A stretch of 63,670 bases of DNA, the filler included, from Octopus bimaculoides (taxonomy: Eukaryota), in assembly GCF_001194135.2 (NCBI RefSeq). It is 9 parts of 8 records of this genome, joined end to end, with 100 filler letters (N's around TTAATTAATTAA, not from the genome) between each part and the next. Parts side by side here need not be neighbours in the genome. Positions count along the whole stretch, not along the records: positions 1 to 14,880 come from NC_068986.1; 8 more parts are not named here. The stretch is one strand, 5' to 3'. The notes below the pieces were generated by a model that saw only the letters and a list, made by a program, of their open reading frames with translations, was not told where the DNA came from and did no database searches. The position numbers were made by a program, and so were the translations under genes. Below are positions 1 to 12,761 of the stretch, in pieces. Within the stretch, counting starts at the first letter, position 1, and the number at the start of each line of letters is the position of its first letter.

Positions 1-54
<54 letters not shown>
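1..54. repeat. (AG)n microsatellite
   Basis: Perfect AG dinucleotide run at the window start. Confidence 0.98.
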
Positions 55-56
<2 letters not shown>

Positions 57-916
57 CGTAAGTTCATAATGCTTACATTGCAGATGATCATGGTGGAAGT
101 TTGAAAAGCGCTTCCAAGAGTTTAAAGGATGAATAGCTGGACAAAGGATGACGAACAGAAGAAAAACCCCTACATTCCGCTACACTCTTTTCACACAGGA
201 CAATCTAGATAATGTATAATGAGATATACTAGATACACTATGTTTAGGGAGACGTGATGGTCATGGCTACAATACCTTTGATAAGAGATCTGCTGAATTG
301 CAGTTGAGCTGCGGTTAAACAACAAAATAGCAACTAAATCTCCCTCAATTGCCTGTTTTTCCAACAGATGTCAAATCGCAACTATTGAAGGACATTGACT
401 GCGTCTATCTCAAAGATGTTTGAGGGCCTGGAATGGTCTTCCTTCCTCCAGAGCAAACCAATAAAATGTTAAACTGCAACTGTTTTGTAAGCGCAATATC
501 TCTCATTGAAGCCAGGGTTGTATTGAGGCAAGACAATAAGATTATTGTGTTATTAATTACTTCTCACTATCTCAGGTTATTCTATTGAAATGATTTCAAT
601 AAGAACAATAACGACAACAACAACAACGACGACAACACAAACAACAATTACAAACGAAACATTAATTAGAACTGGTCGGAACTCGAACAGACTTCCTTTC
701 ACCGAAGATACTTCCTGCCACTATCATGGCTTAACAGAAAAATGTTGACAGTGGAGAATATCAGTGGAGAACATAAATTTATGAATGAGATTTAATATAC
801 TTATTAAACTTATAATATATACATATATTACTATGTATTATATTTATTACACAACTATGCAGAAGGTTTGATATCTTCTTTTGGTGCCAAAATTTGAAAC
901 CATTATTTGCAAAGAT

Positions 917-1102
917 AAAGGAGGTGAGCTGGCAGAATCGTTAGCACGCCGGGTGTTTCGTCTGAGTTCAAATTCCGCCGAGGTCGACTTTGCCTTTCAT
1001 CCTTTCGGGGTCGATTAAATAAGTACCTTTTGTGTACAGGGGTCGATGTAATCGACTACCCTCTCCCCACAAACTTCAGACCTTGTGCCTATAACGGAAA
1101 GG
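917..1102 (+). mobile_element. tRNA-derived SINE family A (internally deleted copy) with TSD
   Basis: Head GAGCTGGCAGAATCGTTAGC, B-box-like GAGTTCAAATTCC, central GCCTTTCATCCTTTCGGGGTCGAT, tail ending AAAGG. Flanked by ATTATTTGCAAAGAT (902-916) and ATTATTTGCAAAGAC (1103-1117). An older head of the same family follows at 1118-1205. Confidence 0.9.
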
Positions 1103-1628
1103 ATTATTTGCAAAGACAAAGGCGGCCAGCTGGCGGAATAGTTACCGTCTCGGACAAAATGCGTTGAAGCATTTCTTCCAACTTAACGTTCTGAGTTCAA
1201 ACGCTTCTGGGGTTAATTATTGTTTTTTGTTCGTCGTAACAGCAGAAGCAGCAACGATTGTAGCCGCTACAGCAACGTTATAACAACGACCTCTATAAGG
1301 ACAACAGTAACAACAAGCATTACAGAAACAATGACATCAGCAATCCTAACGGTGTGGTTAGGATTTATCAATACTCTACAATATATTTGATAATTTACTT
1401 GTTATCGTCGGAAGGGACCGAAAGGTTTCTGATACCACTCAATAGCCGATGCATGTATTTGACTCAGAAAAACGAACGCATAACCTTTTAATGTCTGTTA
1501 GGCATGGTCAAGAGTTTCTCTACTATTTATAATGCTTTTTTATTATTCTCTTTTCTTTTTTCATTTCGGTTCTTCCCCCCCCCCCCCCACCAACTTATTA
1601 CTTTTATTCCATCCCACCACTTTTTCAA

Positions 1629-1912
1629 CGTCTCCTGTTTGTCAATTCATAAAATGACAGTCACTGTACACATGTCCTATTTGTCCATCTATAGGACAAA
1701 GGCAGAGATTGTAAACACGCACAACCTGTCCACTCACAGGGTGATGACAATAGCACCCTTCATCCTGTTAGAGAATGTTGAGACGGTGCTATTGTCATCA
1801 TCTTGTGAATGAACAACTTGTGCATGTATACAACCTCTGTCATTATCCTATGGATAGACAAATAGGACATACGTACTGTTTCTGACATTCTATAAATAGA
1901 CAAACAGGAAAC
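1629..1912. repeat. Foldback (inverted-repeat) element, ~130-bp arms
   Basis: 1629-1757 is the diverged reverse complement of 1785-1912 (e.g. GATGACAATAGCACC / GGTGCTATTGTCATC; ATGTCCTATTTGTC / GACAAATAGGACAT), with a 27-bp spacer. Confidence 0.85.
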
Positions 1913-2230
1913 GCACGAGTGCAGTCTCTATTAACATTCATGTAGATCAGAAATTCTAAATGTCTCCGGCCACTCCCCCCCCCCCTTGCAATTATCTATT
2001 TCGTTTATTTCTTCCCTCATTTTAAATTATATCTAGTAATCTTATTCACCATTATATCTTTTACAGAGGCAATAACTGTAACAGTTTATAAAGCTTTTTT
2101 TGTTTTCTGAAGTGCCATCAATTGAAAAATTTTCGGTGGTGTATTTTCCCGACAAGTGATTTAAACTGAGATTGTGTGTAGAAATGTATAAACAATTACA
2201 GCGTGGGTGACACGTATTAGCCATTCAAAA

Positions 2231-2423
2231 GCACGAAAAGACTGTTAACTTCAATCAAGTATTTATTATTTGGTGTCAACATTTTCGTCGCACTAACTGC
2301 GACCTGGTCACTGACGCGACTCCACTGCATCTGGAACAGCGTCAGTGACCAGGTCGCAATTGGTGCACCGAAACATTTGACCACAAATAATAAATGTTTA
2401 AGTAAAGTTATTAGTCTTTGTGC
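2231..2423. repeat. Foldback element, ~85-bp arms, Penelope-LTR-like
   Basis: Perfect 20-bp core TGCGACCTGGTCACTGACGC (2298-2317) / GCGTCAGTGACCAGGTCGCA (2339-2358). Arms extend with mismatches to 2231 and 2423. Confidence 0.85.
2341..2381 (+). ncRNA. Putative minimal type I hammerhead ribozyme with G3-C8 variant core
   Basis: Stem I GUCA/UGAC, core GUGACCA, stem II GGU(C)GCA/UGCACC, GAAA, short stem III ACAU, U17. Folded by eye. Confidence 0.45.
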
Positions 2424-2559
2424 GTTATTTAAAGGATCGTAAAACTCCCATTCGATTTATTGCCCAAATATATTATTGGGAAGGCGGAAAGGACTTCATT
2501 ACTGTGTCATCCCAAAAATCTGGAAAGTATATATAAAATGTTATAAATGTTCATTGGTT

Positions 2560-2945
2560 TAAACTAAATGATTTATTTATTTATTTTCATTATTATTATG
2601 TGATGAAACCTCACAGCTTATTTTGCTGGGTATGATGGAAGGTGTCGGCTGTTCACAGCCAGCAGACTAAGGTGACACTTGTTTACTGGTCATGCTTCAA
2701 GAACCCTGCGAAGAATTCTTGCAGTTCCAAGTAATGCAGAGTTTTTAAGTGTTCTACCTTCACAGTTGCACCGATCTTTTCCAGCCATGTTGGTAGTTGA
2801 GTACTGATACTTCCAAATGCCCCAATTACTATTGCTATCAAGTCTACTCTCCTCATTGACCACAACCTTCGTATTTCCCACTTCAAATCGTCAGAGTTGT
2901 TTATTTTTGCTTCTTCTTTCGCATTGATCCTGTTGTCACCCTTTC
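2560..2945 (-). mobile_element. R4/Dong-type (REL endonuclease) non-LTR retrotransposon, 3' fragment
   Basis: Frameshifted C-terminus GDNRINAKEEAKINNSDDLKWEIRRLWSMRRVDLIAIVIGAFG...ALLGTARILRRVLEA*, then a 3' UTR ending in AAT/AAAT repeats. Confidence 0.85.
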
Positions 2946-3754
2946 TAATTCTTATTACTATTGTTGTTGTCGTTGTCGTCGACGTCTCAGCTAGTACACG
3001 ACTGTCAACGACAAACTATGTTGAAACGAATCAAGCTTGGAGCAGAATATATTACAAATATACACTGCCAATTCCGGATTTGCGCACTTAGTCAGTTATG
3101 ATACTGGACATTATGTCCATTGCCATATCCAGGCCACTGGTCAACGACAACATATAATAGATACAGTAAGAAAAATGTCACCCAAAAATATTAACATTAG
3201 CATAGAATCCAAAACCTAAATAATTGAATAATTTCAAGCGAGATTGAATCTAAAGTACCTATTAATTATTTCCATCTGGCATTTATTTTAATTTCATATA
3301 TTTTTCTTTCTCCCACAATTGTTGTTGTTGCTTTATCTTCCTGTGTTGTTCTTTTTATAAGCTGTGTGTGCCACCTGTCGTTTGTTGCTGTTGTTTACAT
3401 CCAGCTCGGCACCAGTCAGCAAACTTACGATCTAACGTATTCAAATCTTCACCACCCCGTTTTATATATTTATGTATTTGATTTCGAGGGAACCGCTACG
3501 CGATTGCACGATGTGCCAGAAAGAGCAGTCGACTCTCCTTCAATTCATACCCTTTATCATTGTATTTTGATATGTGTAATCTGACCCTTTAAAATTTACT
3601 ATATTTCTAATTTCTAGCACTGACAGTATCTTTTATGTCTTTCCTATTTGGAATATATCAGGGGTCACTTTAGCGTAGAGGTTAGGACGGCCATGACTTT
3701 GCGGAAGATACAGGCTTCTTATGTTGACGTAATAACTTTCTTCTTCTCGTTATA

Positions 3755-3820
3755 AATTGTGTATGTATGTATGTGTGTGTGTGTGTATGTATGTATGCAT
3801 GCATGTTTGTATGCACATAT

Positions 3821-3868
<48 letters not shown>

Positions 3869-4207
3869 ATATATATATATATGTATATGTATATATATAT
3901 ATGTGTGTGTATATATATGGGAAGGTGTGTATTTGTGGGTATCTCTCTCTATACATATCTACATGTGTCTATGTGTGTATATGTGAGAAATTGGCCTTAT
4001 CAGACTTCCAGCATGATGAGGTTACTGTCAGTCCATATTAAAACACTTGACTACACTTCCAGTGAGTCCTTTATTTCAGTTGGTATTCACAGATTTTATA
4101 CACACAAGCACACACATATATACACAAGTATATATACCTGTACCTCTTTCTTCCTACATACATACATAAACATATACCATATATATATATATATGTATAT
4201 GTATATG

Positions 4208-4248
<41 letters not shown>

Positions 4249-4830
4249 NNNNNNNNNNNNNNNNNNNNNNNNNNNNNNNNNNNNNNNNNNNNNNNNNNNN
4301 NNNNNNNNNNNNNNNNNNNNNNNNNNNNNNNNNNNNNNNNNNNNNNNNNNNNNNNNNNNNNNNNNNNNNNNNNNNNNNNNNNNNNNNNNNNNNNNNNNNN
4401 NNNNNNNNNNNNNNNNNNNNNNNNNNNNNNNNNNNNNNNNNNNNNNNNNNNNNNNNNNNNNNNNNNNNNNNNNNNNNNNNNNNNNNNNNNNNNNNNNNNN
4501 NNNNNNNNNNNNNNNNNNNNNNNNNNNNNNNNNNNNNNNNNNNNNNNNNNNNNNNNNNNNNNNNNNNNNNNNNNNNNNNNNNNNNNNNNNNNNNNNNNNN
4601 NNNNNNNNNNNNNNNNNNNNNNNNNNNNNNNNNNNNNNNNNNNNNNNNNNNNNNNNNNNNNNNNNNNNNNNNNNNNNNNNNNNNNNNNNNNNNNNNNNNN
4701 NNNNNNNNNNNNNNNNNNNNNNNNNNNNNNNNNNNNNNATATATATAATATATATATATATATAATATATATATATATATATAATATATATATATATATA
4801 ATATATATATATATATATACATATATCGCT
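3755..4830. repeat. Compound (TA)/(TG)/(TATG) microsatellite with N gap 4249-4738
   Basis: Direct reading. Other N gaps, mostly flanked by dinucleotide runs: 18567-18651, 22207-22438, 23019-23095, 23691-24250, 27618-28534, 41728-41886, 47839-48420. Confidence 0.95.
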
Positions 4831-5521
4831 GAAGATTCAATTTGTCGCTACTCAGTAACATCTGTGATCCTTCAGACATCAGATCAAGACTCCCTGCTTT
4901 CTATATTGTGTGACTTCATACTCCAGTTTCTTTACTGAACGTGTATGTATGTCTATGTGTGTGTACGTGTGTAAGGGTGTATGTATGCATGTGTGTGTTG
5001 AGTATATGTATCTATATATGTACACGTATTATGTGTGTGAATATGCGTGAGTACAGAGAGATAGTGAGAAAGAGGAGAGAGTGAAAGAGAGAGTTGGAAG
5101 GACGAAGTGTGAGAGGAGAGGGAGACTACTTTACTCGTGTAATAAATATTTATATTTTGTACTTAGGTACTGTAGTAAGTAGATAGTAGTATCGTATTTA
5201 TTTATTTTATTAATACTTTATTAGCAGAAAGGATACCAATATTTTATTGCCGTATAACTTCGAGAGCCAATATAGATATTTATAGATTTAATTATAGTTA
5301 CTTAACTGTTTCCCATTAAATACGCGCTTGTATAGTACTTTGCATAATAGTACACATACTCCATTTAGCAAACACAAAGAAAAAAGAATATTTACTAATG
5401 TGATAGTCAGCATAATAGTCCTTCATTCCTTTTTAATGTTACTTCTGGCATCACATGTATCACAGATATAGCATATATACACACACACACACACATATCT
5501 ATCTATCTATCTATCTATCTC

Positions 5522-5569
<48 letters not shown>

Positions 5570-6223
5570 TATATATGTATATATATATATGTATGTATGT
5601 ATGTATGTACGTACGTATATAACTCATGCATTAACAAAATTTATTATTACTGTTCTATACCACAGAGTAAGAAATATCAATTTTAGCCAACATTGTAACT
5701 AATAGACAGATATAAGCATCCTGCTTTTATACACTGTATATAAACACAAAAGGAGTGAAAGTTGGACTGAGTTCCTTGTTCGAATTCTGTCAAGTACCTT
5801 GCACATGTGTGTGTGCGTGTACGTGTGCATGTATATATGTATTTGTATATGTGTGTGTGTGTGTGCGCGCGCGCGCCCTTGTGTATATATATATATATAT
5901 ATATACACACGCGGTGGGTGCTGTGTATGCTACGAATCTAGTAATGAAAAATTGAAATAGATCGCGAGAACAAATATCGGAAAAGGACAAAAGATAAGCA
6001 TGGAAATCCTCTCATCAGCCATGGAGACCACAGTCAGGCATAGTTTCGGTGCATTGGAATTCCGAAGACTTTGAATTCCATGGCGCTTCTCATCCGATTC
6101 CACCAGTGATAATGGGACTATCAATGATCACCGAGGTAAAGGACAAACAAGAACTAATGGTGAGGACAACAGTATACAGATGAGGGAGTAGATTAGAGAC
6201 AAAAATAATCAATATAATAACAG

Positions 6224-6264
<41 letters not shown>

Positions 6265-9137
6265 CATACACACACTCGCATACACATATTTATAAGCATT
6301 TGCCTAAAATTAAACTACATATATACAAATGATTCTCCAAACGCAAGCTTAATAATGGAAGTAAAACGTCCCTCGATTGCTGTACTTTTTAAGATTTTGA
6401 AAACCTTTTGCTGGAACTACTTTTTACTAATTCCTGGGCTGATTTTAATGAACCTATGTTTTTCAACTCCTTGTATTACATATGTGACACCACTTCGTAT
6501 TCATAATATAATTGTACTGAATTGCTAAACACAATGAATTCTAATCAATTCACTCAGCCCAATTAATTATTATTCAGTCATGAATTCCCTTTTCGTCCTT
6601 TTATGATATGTCTTCTAATTTGACCAATTCTACTGCATGAGCTTTAACTTAACTTCTCTGAGTTTCGGTCCTAGCTTAAAAGTTCAACAATTTGCGTTTA
6701 AGATTAATCACTCAATATTTGTGATTTAATCACTATCAATACAAAGAATGCACGACGTTGGTGTCACGTGGCGTCGCACAAGATGAAATAACTCTGCTTT
6801 CATTGAACTTATCTCCTTTGGGTCTACACAAACTAAAGTGTTCCCGTTCCTATGACAAGAAATGTTGATAACAAACTTTCGTCACTGGAGGTAATATCAA
6901 ATAATGTTACAATTGTAGTTATCTAATAGTTAAATACTATTATGATTATTTATAACATATATTTATTATAAATTTATTATGAAAAGTAGTAATCATGCTA
7001 TCCTTTGTAAACACCACGAAACTTTGAAACATGTAAAATTATAATATTGTTATATCTATGTAAAGCCTTTTGAGGTTATCCACAGTGACAAAAGTATATT
7101 TCCAACATTACATGTTATATTTCGTGTAAACATTCTAATTTTTTAATCTTATCAATAAATTCATGTAGTTTTGTTTTATTTTTCATTGAGATTATCTTAA
7201 ATCTAAACATTCACAAATATTATCGCAGATCTCGTCTTCGTCGGATGTTTCTCGTGTCCAAGAATTTGATGTTCTTTCTATCAAAGAAAATACCAGCTAG
7301 AAGAAATGTCAATAGTGTGGATCTGTATTAGTTTACAGTGAATCTCAACTTGCAGGAAGTGATCTATTCGCAATGGTTTCAGGTCTTTCTTCTAGGAAAC
7401 ATGTAAAATGAGACGAGTAGTATCAGGTGATGAGATTGCAACGGACTACCGCTGACTTCGTTGTAGTCTTCAGTGGGGCCTTCTAAGCCAGAACATCCGG
7501 TGTCATCTTCCACCAGTACAAACGTCATTTAAGTCAGCCATTGTTGTCCAGACGTGCTTCCTTTCGACTTGAACAAAATTAGTCATACTAGTTTGAGTTC
7601 TCTTCTTCGATGTTACCACCATAACTGGAATATTAGATTCCTGATGGTATTGCTCTCAGAGTGACTGGAACACGCAAGCCTTCCTTCATGAGGTTCATTT
7701 CGTTGCTATAATATTCGATAAATTTGTTAGCCAACACTGAGTGTTACGGACGAATGCAAGCATTGCGTCTATAAAACATGTTCGTATATAGAAAAAGAGT
7801 GAACAGCTGTGTATACGTTTCGATTGTTGTTAGAATTATCATAAACAACTGCGTACCCTCCTTAACTACTTACTTCTTATACACCATTGCTAGTCTATAT
7901 CAAAATAAGTTTTTAGTTATATCCTTTTTACTCTTTAGACATCCTAAATTACCCAACCATTTTAACTGTAGTCATTCAACAACAATTACCCGCCAACCCC
8001 TCTCACCACAGCTGTTAGAGCAATCTTCTTGACAATATTACTTTAGAGATCTCTACTTGTGTGTCACGGTTGCTGTTAGTATGCCACTGTTCATTTTACG
8101 AGAAATTAAACATAGACGTCCGCAATGAATGTTACACGTAACTCCTCAATAACAACGATCTATCAATCTAGCTAGCTACCTATCTAGCTCTCACCCCCCC
8201 CTCTCTCCACCCTCTCTCTATTATGATAGAGTTGCAATTGCAACGGTTACTAATCGGTGCAGTTGAAACATGTGTGGGTCTATGTAAAACTGTATATATA
8301 TATATAAAGAATTAAAGGTAGTGCTATGCCACTTCATAATGATCATTATTAATATTGTTAATCAGCCGACAACTGATGAAGGGTCGTTATTTGTGTTACT
8401 TGTCCTGTTTTCCATTTGTTTCTCTCGTTGTTTGTGTATTGAACTCATTTGTTTTCGTATTGCATGTTGTTTGACCACACGAAAATATATCTAAGGATAT
8501 TGCTCTAGTTTTACATTGGTCCTTGCTGATACGTAAAAATTTTGTGAAGAGAGTAAAATTTATAAATTTTCTCGACGTACAATAGCTGTTAGGCAGTTCC
8601 CTGGGTTATCGACTTGCGCAGCAGTATATCCTTTGCGACATGTAAGTCCTCAAGACTGTGACAAACACAAAGAAGACGCCATGGGGAGCATGGGGTGTTC
8701 TGAGGGGTTGTGATTCTCTTCAGAGATAAAATAATCAATCCAAGTACAATTATTCTATTTTTAAGACATTTTCGAAAGAGAGAAAAAAAAGAAATAGAAT
8801 TCTTGGTTGGAATTAGAATGTCCATAGAATGTTCTGTAGTCAGTGAGCAGAAACATGATTGATGATGCACTAAGGTCCAACTATTTCCTCGTTATATATA
8901 CATCCAATATAATTTCGTTAAACATGTCCAATATAACTTTATTGCATGCTCTCAACTTCTTCAGTAATCTCCATAGAAGTTTAACATATTGGCCCACACA
9001 AATATTTAAAGAGAGATGCATAAGAAAATATGGGTAATAAGTCAGTGTGCAAGATGAGCTGCTTGATTGAAATAATTAAATGGGATGTTATTATTATTAT
9101 TCAGTATTATTATTCAGTATTATTATTATTATTATTA

Positions 9138-9500
9138 TATGTTTGACTTGTACTTTGTGTTTGTACAAGTTGATTCCAAGTTTCACCCAGAGACCGCAAG
9201 AGACAACAAGTTAGAAGTTCAAGTTAGTGTTATGACTAGGGTACCATATATTTGGTTTTGTACGGAGTATTGTTCTAGAGAATGTCTGTCAAAACATAAG
9301 TTAATTAGAAGTTTGTTTTAAAAGTAATTTGATTATAAAATGATAGTTTGATGTTAAGATTACAGTAAAAGGTGTTTGCAGTTATGTACATCTAAAATTA
9401 TTTTGACACTGTTTACGGATTAAAATATTTTGGGATTTACATAGACAATATTTTTCAATTTCTCGCCTTTTTGGATTTCCTGGTACCCCAGCTAGGTAGC
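9138..9500 (-). mobile_element. R4/Dong-type LINE 3' end (same family as 56320-56735)
   Basis: Reverse complement matches 56440-56730 (GCTACCTAGCT...; GAACTTCTAACTTGTTGTCTCTTG..GTCTCTGGGTGA.ACTTGGA..CAACTTGTACAAA) and runs into (AAT)n. Confidence 0.85.
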
Positions 9501-9549
9501 ATCATCATCATCGTCGTCGTCGTCGTCGTCATCATCGTCATCGTCGTCG

Positions 9550-9639
<90 letters not shown>

Positions 9640-9640
9640 C

Positions 9641-9676
<36 letters not shown>

Positions 9677-9686
9677 GATGATGATG
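9500..9686. repeat. (CAT)/(CGT) trinucleotide mosaic
   Basis: Direct reading. It generates the poly-D, poly-V and poly-M ORFs in the track. Confidence 0.95.
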
Positions 9687-9900
9687 AAGGTGGCGAGCTG
9701 GTAGAATCGTTAGCACACTGGGTGAAATGCTTAGCGGTATTTAGTCTGCCGCTACATTCTGAGTTCAAATTCCGCCGAGGTCGACTTTGCCCTTCATCCT
9801 TTCGGGTCGATGAAATAAGTACCAGTTACGCACTGGAGTCAATATAATTGACTATCCCCATTCCCTCAAAATTTTCAAGGGCTAGTGCCTAGAGTAGAAA
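9687..9900 (+). mobile_element. SINE family A, full-length copy
   Basis: AAGGTGGCGAGCTGGTAGAATCGTTAGC...GAGTTCAAATTCCGCCGAGGTCGACTTTGCC...GTAGAAA, followed by AAT/ATT repeats. Confidence 0.9.
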
Positions 9901-10778
9901 TAATAATAATAATAATAATTATTATTATTATTGTTAATATTATTATTATATTGCAGACAGGTGTCTGCCGTTTGTAAAATAGCAGACACTGAGGTGGTTT
10001 GATACCGACCTACATAGGTTGGCAACTTGACATAGAAAAATACAATTTCTCTTGCAAAACATGACAACATGCTCTCCTTTTACGTCTCCAGCTCTTATTT
10101 ATTTATTTATTTATTGATCTTTCTATTTATTTATTTGCACGTATATATGTATCTATGCGTGTTTGTATGTATGCCTGAATGTATATGAATTCATATAAAT
10201 GGAGGAGAGACCGACACCATTTGTACTTTAGTACCAAAGAAATTTTAAGAATACCAAAGTTAATTCTGATAGAAGAGAACTAGAAACATACTTGATCTTT
10301 TTATGGAAGAATCCTAGCCTACATTGTCCAATGTGGTCTTTATTTTATTCTATTTTATCTATTTATCTTTTTTTTTCATCTTTGGTTGGGGGATTTGGCT
10401 GTCATTTCTAGCAGTCGAACAGTCACGTCGCCGAGAATCCTGTCGTCAGTGTGATAAAGTAGTTTCGGTTGTGGTAGTGGGAGTTGTGATGGTACTGGAG
10501 CAGGAGGTGATGGCGGAGGAATATTGATGGCGGTAATACTTACACCATAGACTGGTCGAAGAGAATAATGACAAACGGTAAGAAGACAGAAGAGGTAGGT
10601 TGCAAGACGGAGAATAAGGGGAGGAGGCAGAAGGTAAACACTGTCATGTAGCATCAGTCTAGAATCGCAACTACCAAGTTCGGTTCTGGAGAGAAGGCGT
10701 TGTAAACAGAAGAGAGAGAGAGAGGCAATAGCACAGCATAAATAAATGAATATATATCTGTATAATTATATTGATAAG

Positions 10779-10818
<40 letters not shown>

Positions 10819-10951
10819 GTGATGGGGGATCTACGTCTCTGTTTTGATTGCAAGAACGCCGCCTTCGGTCGATCGACCGAACATATTGACACTCCGCTTT
10901 TTATTTATTATACAAAATTCTACTTTTCGAGCTTACATGTAATATATACGT

Positions 10952-11215
10952 GTAGGTGTGGCTATGTGGTAAGAAGCTTGCTTCTCAACCACAGGGTTCC
11001 GGGTTCAGTCCCACGGTGTTTTCTTTGTGTCTGTGTTTGTCCCACATCACCGCTTGACAACCGTAATCTAGTGGTTTAGCAAAAGAGACCGATAGAATGA
11101 GTATTAGGCTTTATAAAATGTAAGTCCTGGGTCGATTTGTCCGACTAAAATCCTTCAAAGTGGTGCTCCAGCATGGCTATATTCTCATGAATGAAACAAG
11201 AAAAAGAATAAAAGA
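10952..11215 (+). mobile_element. tRNA-derived SINE family B (internally deleted)
   Basis: GTGGCTATGTGGTAAGAAGCTTGCTTCTCAACCAC...GGTTCAGTCCC head; tail GTGGTGCTCCAGCATGGC...TGAAACAAGAAAAAGAATAAAAG. A second partial copy lies at 11293-11410. Confidence 0.85.
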
Positions 11216-11226
11216 ACATATGTGCT

Positions 11227-11279
<53 letters not shown>

Positions 11280-11404
11280 ATAATGGGTGTAGTAGTAGCT
11301 GTGTAGTAAGTAGCTTGCTTACCAACCACATAGTTCCGGGTTCAGTCCCGCTGCGTGGCATCTTGTGGGTGGATTTGGTAGATGGAAACTGAAAGAAGCC
11401 CGTC

Positions 11405-11451
<47 letters not shown>

Positions 11452-11551
11452 GCTTCATACATAGACATACATACGTATATATGCATATTCAATCATATAT
11501 TATATCAGAAAAGGAAAGAACTTTCCTTTAACACCTCAAATGTAAGATCTC

Positions 11552-11760
11552 TTCCCTGAAGGCGGAGGCTCGTCTGATCCTATGATGGAATCAATCTACA
11601 AACATATTTTGGACCACCGAGCCCCCAGAAACAGCTGTTGGGTTTGTAATGCTTTTCTTCAGCCCCTTTTTGTATTCTGTGTAAATTGGACTATTTTGAA
11701 TGTAAACATTTATACATTTTTTCTATTTCATGTATAAATATAATAAAACCTTATATATTG
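11552..11760 (+). mobile_element. Penelope-like terminal-repeat fragment with decayed hammerhead motif
   Basis: CTGAAGG + long stem (GGAGGCTCG..TGATCC / GGACCA.CGAGCCCCC) + GAAAC + palindromic AACAGCTGTT, then an AT-rich segment with AATAAA. Confidence 0.45.
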
Positions 11761-11953
11761 ATCCGTCTGACTTGCTTATCCCTACATTTATTTCTTTACC
11801 TGCTCAAGTTTAATTCACTATTAAGTGTATTCTATACAGAGAATATCTGATTCTCATCTATGAACTATATATATATATATACATAATTATAAATTTTCTT
11901 TGGAAAAGCATAGAAAGCATGGAAGTGCTCGAGTCAACCCAGAGACGCTAGAC

Positions 11954-12696
11954 AAGTACAAGAGATACAGAAAAGAGGTTCAACTCAGGCAGACTACGAT
12001 TTGTGTATAATTATACGGTTTTGATATGAAAGAGTTGTCTAAAACATATATTAATACATTCGGAATATAAAGATATAGAAATATAAAAATATATGAATTT
12101 TAAATATATGCAAGGACAAATAAATATATAGATATATCAATATAAAGTATAGATAAAAATATAGATAAGAATAATGAAATATAGAAAGATATTTCTTTTA
12201 ATAGATGTTTAAAAAGAGTTTTCGGTGCTATATTTAAAGGAAATGAATTATTCGAGCGATCGCTTCTAGAGTTCATTCAAAAAGTACATGTGAATCGTAA
12301 TTCACATGTGCTCTTAATTCACATGTACTCTTTGAATGAACTCTAGAAGCGATCGCCGGAATAATTCATTTCCTTTAAATATGGCAGCGAAAACTCTTCT
12401 TAAACATCTTTTACTCCTTACATTCCATAATTTATTTTGAATTTTTAAAAGAAATGTCTTTCTATATTTCATTATTCTTTTCTATATTTTTATCTATACT
12501 CTGTTATGTTTATATATCTATATATTTATTAATCCTTGCATATTTTTAACATTCATATATTTTTATATTTCTATATCTTTATATTCCGAATGTAGTAAAA
12601 CCCCTGTTTTAGACAACTCTATCATATTAAATCCGAATATGTATACACTAATCGTAGTCTGCCTGAGTTGAACCTCTTCTCTGTATGTCTTGTACT

Positions 12697-12697
<1 letters not shown>
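11954..12697. repeat. ~740-bp palindrome (foldback element)
   Basis: AAGTACAAGAGATACAGAAAAGAGGTTCAACTCAGGCAGACTACGATT at the left end mirrors AATCGTAGTCTGCCTGAGTTGAACCTCTTCTCTGTATGTCTTGTACTT at the right end. Centre near 12295-12320. Confidence 0.9.

Positions 12698-12761
<64 letters not shown>

Noticed and set aside
55-63. GTAAGT donor-like site after the (AG)n run
   Set aside because: No upstream context is available, and the repeat gives no evidence of an exon.
7230-7780. GC-richer unique-looking islands (also 5950-6200 and 47190-47580)
   Set aside because: The frames I translated by hand were interrupted by stops and I recognised no motif. A blastx search would be needed.
9170-9222. Exon-like segment VDSKFHPETARDNKLEVQ with AG/GT ends
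   Set aside because: It lies inside the antisense 3' UTR of a Dong-type LINE that is also present at 56640-56700.
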